DNA of 64,000 nt from Leucoraja ocellata. Lineage: Eukaryota. Shown one piece after another: positions 61,953-64,000 of this stretch; position 1 is the stretch's first letter; each line of letters begins with the position of its first letter. The position numbers and the translations under genes are program-made. The notes under the pieces were generated by a model. That model saw nothing but the letters and a program-made list of their open reading frames with translations, was not told the DNA's origin and made no database searches. The stretch covers positions 1,178,001 to 1,242,000 of the forward strand of contig JAWMAR010000421.1 in assembly GCA_036785375.1 (NCBI GenBank), written 5' to 3'.

Positions 61953-62250
61953 GCCCTGTCCCACGGTACGAGTTCATTCCAAGAGCTCTCCCGAGTTTTA
62001 AAAAAATCACTCGTGGTAAGCACGGAGAATGAACGTAGCTGGTATGTCGGAGCTCGGGGACGTCTCTTAGCGGCTCATAACGCTAACAGCAGGTAAGCTC
62101 GGGAAGACACGTGAAGATTTTTCAACATGTTGAAAAATGTCCAGGAGAGCCCCGAGTACCGACGAGTGGCCATTACCGTAAATCTCCGAGTTCGAATCAG
62201 GGCAAACTCGGGAGAACTCTTGGAATTAACTCGTACCTTGGGACAGGGCC
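61953..62250. mobile_element. Related Harbinger-type MITE inside a CR1 3' fragment in DIS3L intron 13
   Basis: TIRs GCCCTGTCCCACGGTACGAGTT... and ...AACTCGTACCTTGGGACAGGGC; shares its central palindrome with the 7561 copy. Confidence 0.8.
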
Positions 62251-63831
62251 ATGACAATTATTTGAAAGATCAAGGAATTGAGGAGCTAACATCAATGTGG
62301 TGAAGTCAGCCAGGATCAGGCATGATCATATTGGAAGGTGGTAGAGGCTAAAGGGGCCGAGTGGCCTACTCCTCCCATTTCCTTATGTGGTTGGAATACT
62401 AGGGTAAGTCAATCGGACTGTACACCTTTCTCACAGCTCCTATGAACTGGTTTGATACAGTGTGTAATTTGCACATTCATCCCTGTGGCCACGTGGCTTT
62501 CCTCTGGGTTCTCCGGTTTCATCCCACATTGCAAAAACATGCTGGTTGGGAGGCAAATTGGCTACTGCAAGGGTTGAAGGGATGACTGGGTGCTGACGTG
62601 GACTCAGTGGGCCAACAGCTTCTAATGGGAGGTGTCTGGAATGACTTTCCCTTAAATGATTTTTCCATGTTCTTGTCAGATTATCAACAATAATTTAAAT
62701 CAGGCCAGTTCCTTCTTACATTTCAAGATAATACTCTATTTTACTATTTATAAAATCCTAAGAGTAAAGGAGAGTGAAGAGATTAAAGACATCTTGGATT
62801 TGGGATGTGCTGAACTGCTGATGATGAGCTAGTTATATCAGCAGGTGTTACTGTTGGATTCTGTGCTCCTGAATAAATACTTATCTTTATCTCAAGGGCA
62901 CAGACTTGATCATGTACACTTCCAGTGATCTCTCTTGAGGAGAAAGCTGGTGAGGCACATTTCATCCAGGCTTATTCGTAAAGAATGGACTCTTGGGCAA
63001 GGCATTAGATCAATAGTGCGTATAGAATGGCCCTCAGACAGCCGATGGTTTAAGAAGAGATCAGAGGAGAAATGTATTTTATAATCAATATATTTTGAGT
63101 ATTGCAACAGTGGGCCTACCTATCGACTGTAAAATACTTTATAAAGTCTTGGGCTTATCGAAGGAATTCTACAACTGAAAGTTTTTCATTTTTAAAACGT
63201 TGTATACCTTTACATCAGCTACACGTGACCTCAAGTTGATTGGGGGAAATACTTCTTAAAATCAATAAGGTTTCACTGAAACTGCAGGGAAGAAGAGTGG
63301 TTCCTTTGTTACACATCAGGCTTAAAGTTGTGTGACTTTTAATGTTTTTAAATCTGCTCTCTATACAGTCACTTGTAACATACACTTCTCCTTTGTGAAG
63401 GAAAAATATTTTTCAGACACATTGCCGGCTTCTAACTGGAGACTAGATTTTTGAACCTTTTAGTTGAGCTGCATAATCATGGTGGGAGATTCCTAGTTTA
63501 TTTGGTGAGTCAATAGCAGGATGAACTAAGAAAAATAATGCAAATGGGTTAGCCAGGGCTTAGATGATGGCCTTGACAAAACATTGAGTTGGTAGATTGG
63601 AAATAAAGTCAGGGCTTTAAAATCTCACCAATAATAGTAGGATATTTTACCTCCCCAAGTTGCTGATTTATTCACTCATTCCTTCTCTCCAGAGATGCTG
63701 CCTGACCCGCTGCGTTACTCCAGAATTTTGTGTCTACCTGCTGATTTATATCTCTATTATGAAACCAAATTGACAAAGTCTGGATTATTTGTACATCCCA
63801 ACAGATGTTGCATTTGTTTTTTAAATCACAG

Positions 63832-64000
63832 GACTTGCTCTGGACAAATATACTCATTTCACATCTCCAATCAGAAGATATGCAGACATAGTAGTCCATC
63901 GACTATTAATGGCAGCTTTATTAAAAGATAAGAAATTGGAACCTGAAAATCCATTGCTCAGCCAGAAGGATTTGGAAGAATTATGTCATCATATCAACAA
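63832..64000 (+). CDS. DIS3L: DIS3L exon 14, cut by window edge ([26 protein letters not shown]...)
   Basis: cacAG acceptor; RNase II signature [13 protein letters not shown]; frame continuous from exon 13. Confidence 0.96.

Overview
Vertebrate genomic DNA, most likely a cartilaginous fish (skate/ray; inferred from HE1-type SINEs and the CR1/Rex1/Penelope repeat content). The right half holds the first 14 coding exons of DIS3L (exosome-associated exoribonuclease DIS3-like 1; + strand, ATG 31519, runs off the window end). All introns are GT-AG and the spliced frame is continuous. The left 31 kb has no recognisable coding exon. It contains a CpG-retaining zone (~18.5-28.5 kb) with promoter-like segments that may be the 5' end of a divergent gene (MEGF11 by vertebrate synteny; inference only). 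Most remaining sequence is transposon debris, and repeat boundaries are approximate unless a target-site duplication (TSD) or terminal motif fixes them. Top finding: a 137-bp TSD-flanked SINE (12884-13020, minus strand) whose first 54 nt fold into a minimal HDV/CPEB3-like self-cleaving ribozyme. Other notable items: many Penelope pLTR fragments with minimal hammerhead cores (one sense copy in DIS3L intron 2), a solo LTR with a 4-bp TSD nested in a CR1, a non-autonomous Helitron plus a tandem pair of Helitron 3' ends, two Harbinger-type MITEs sharing a 20-bp palindrome, and DIS3L exons that rebuild 5' splice sites after ligation. All calls were made by eye; no searches were run.
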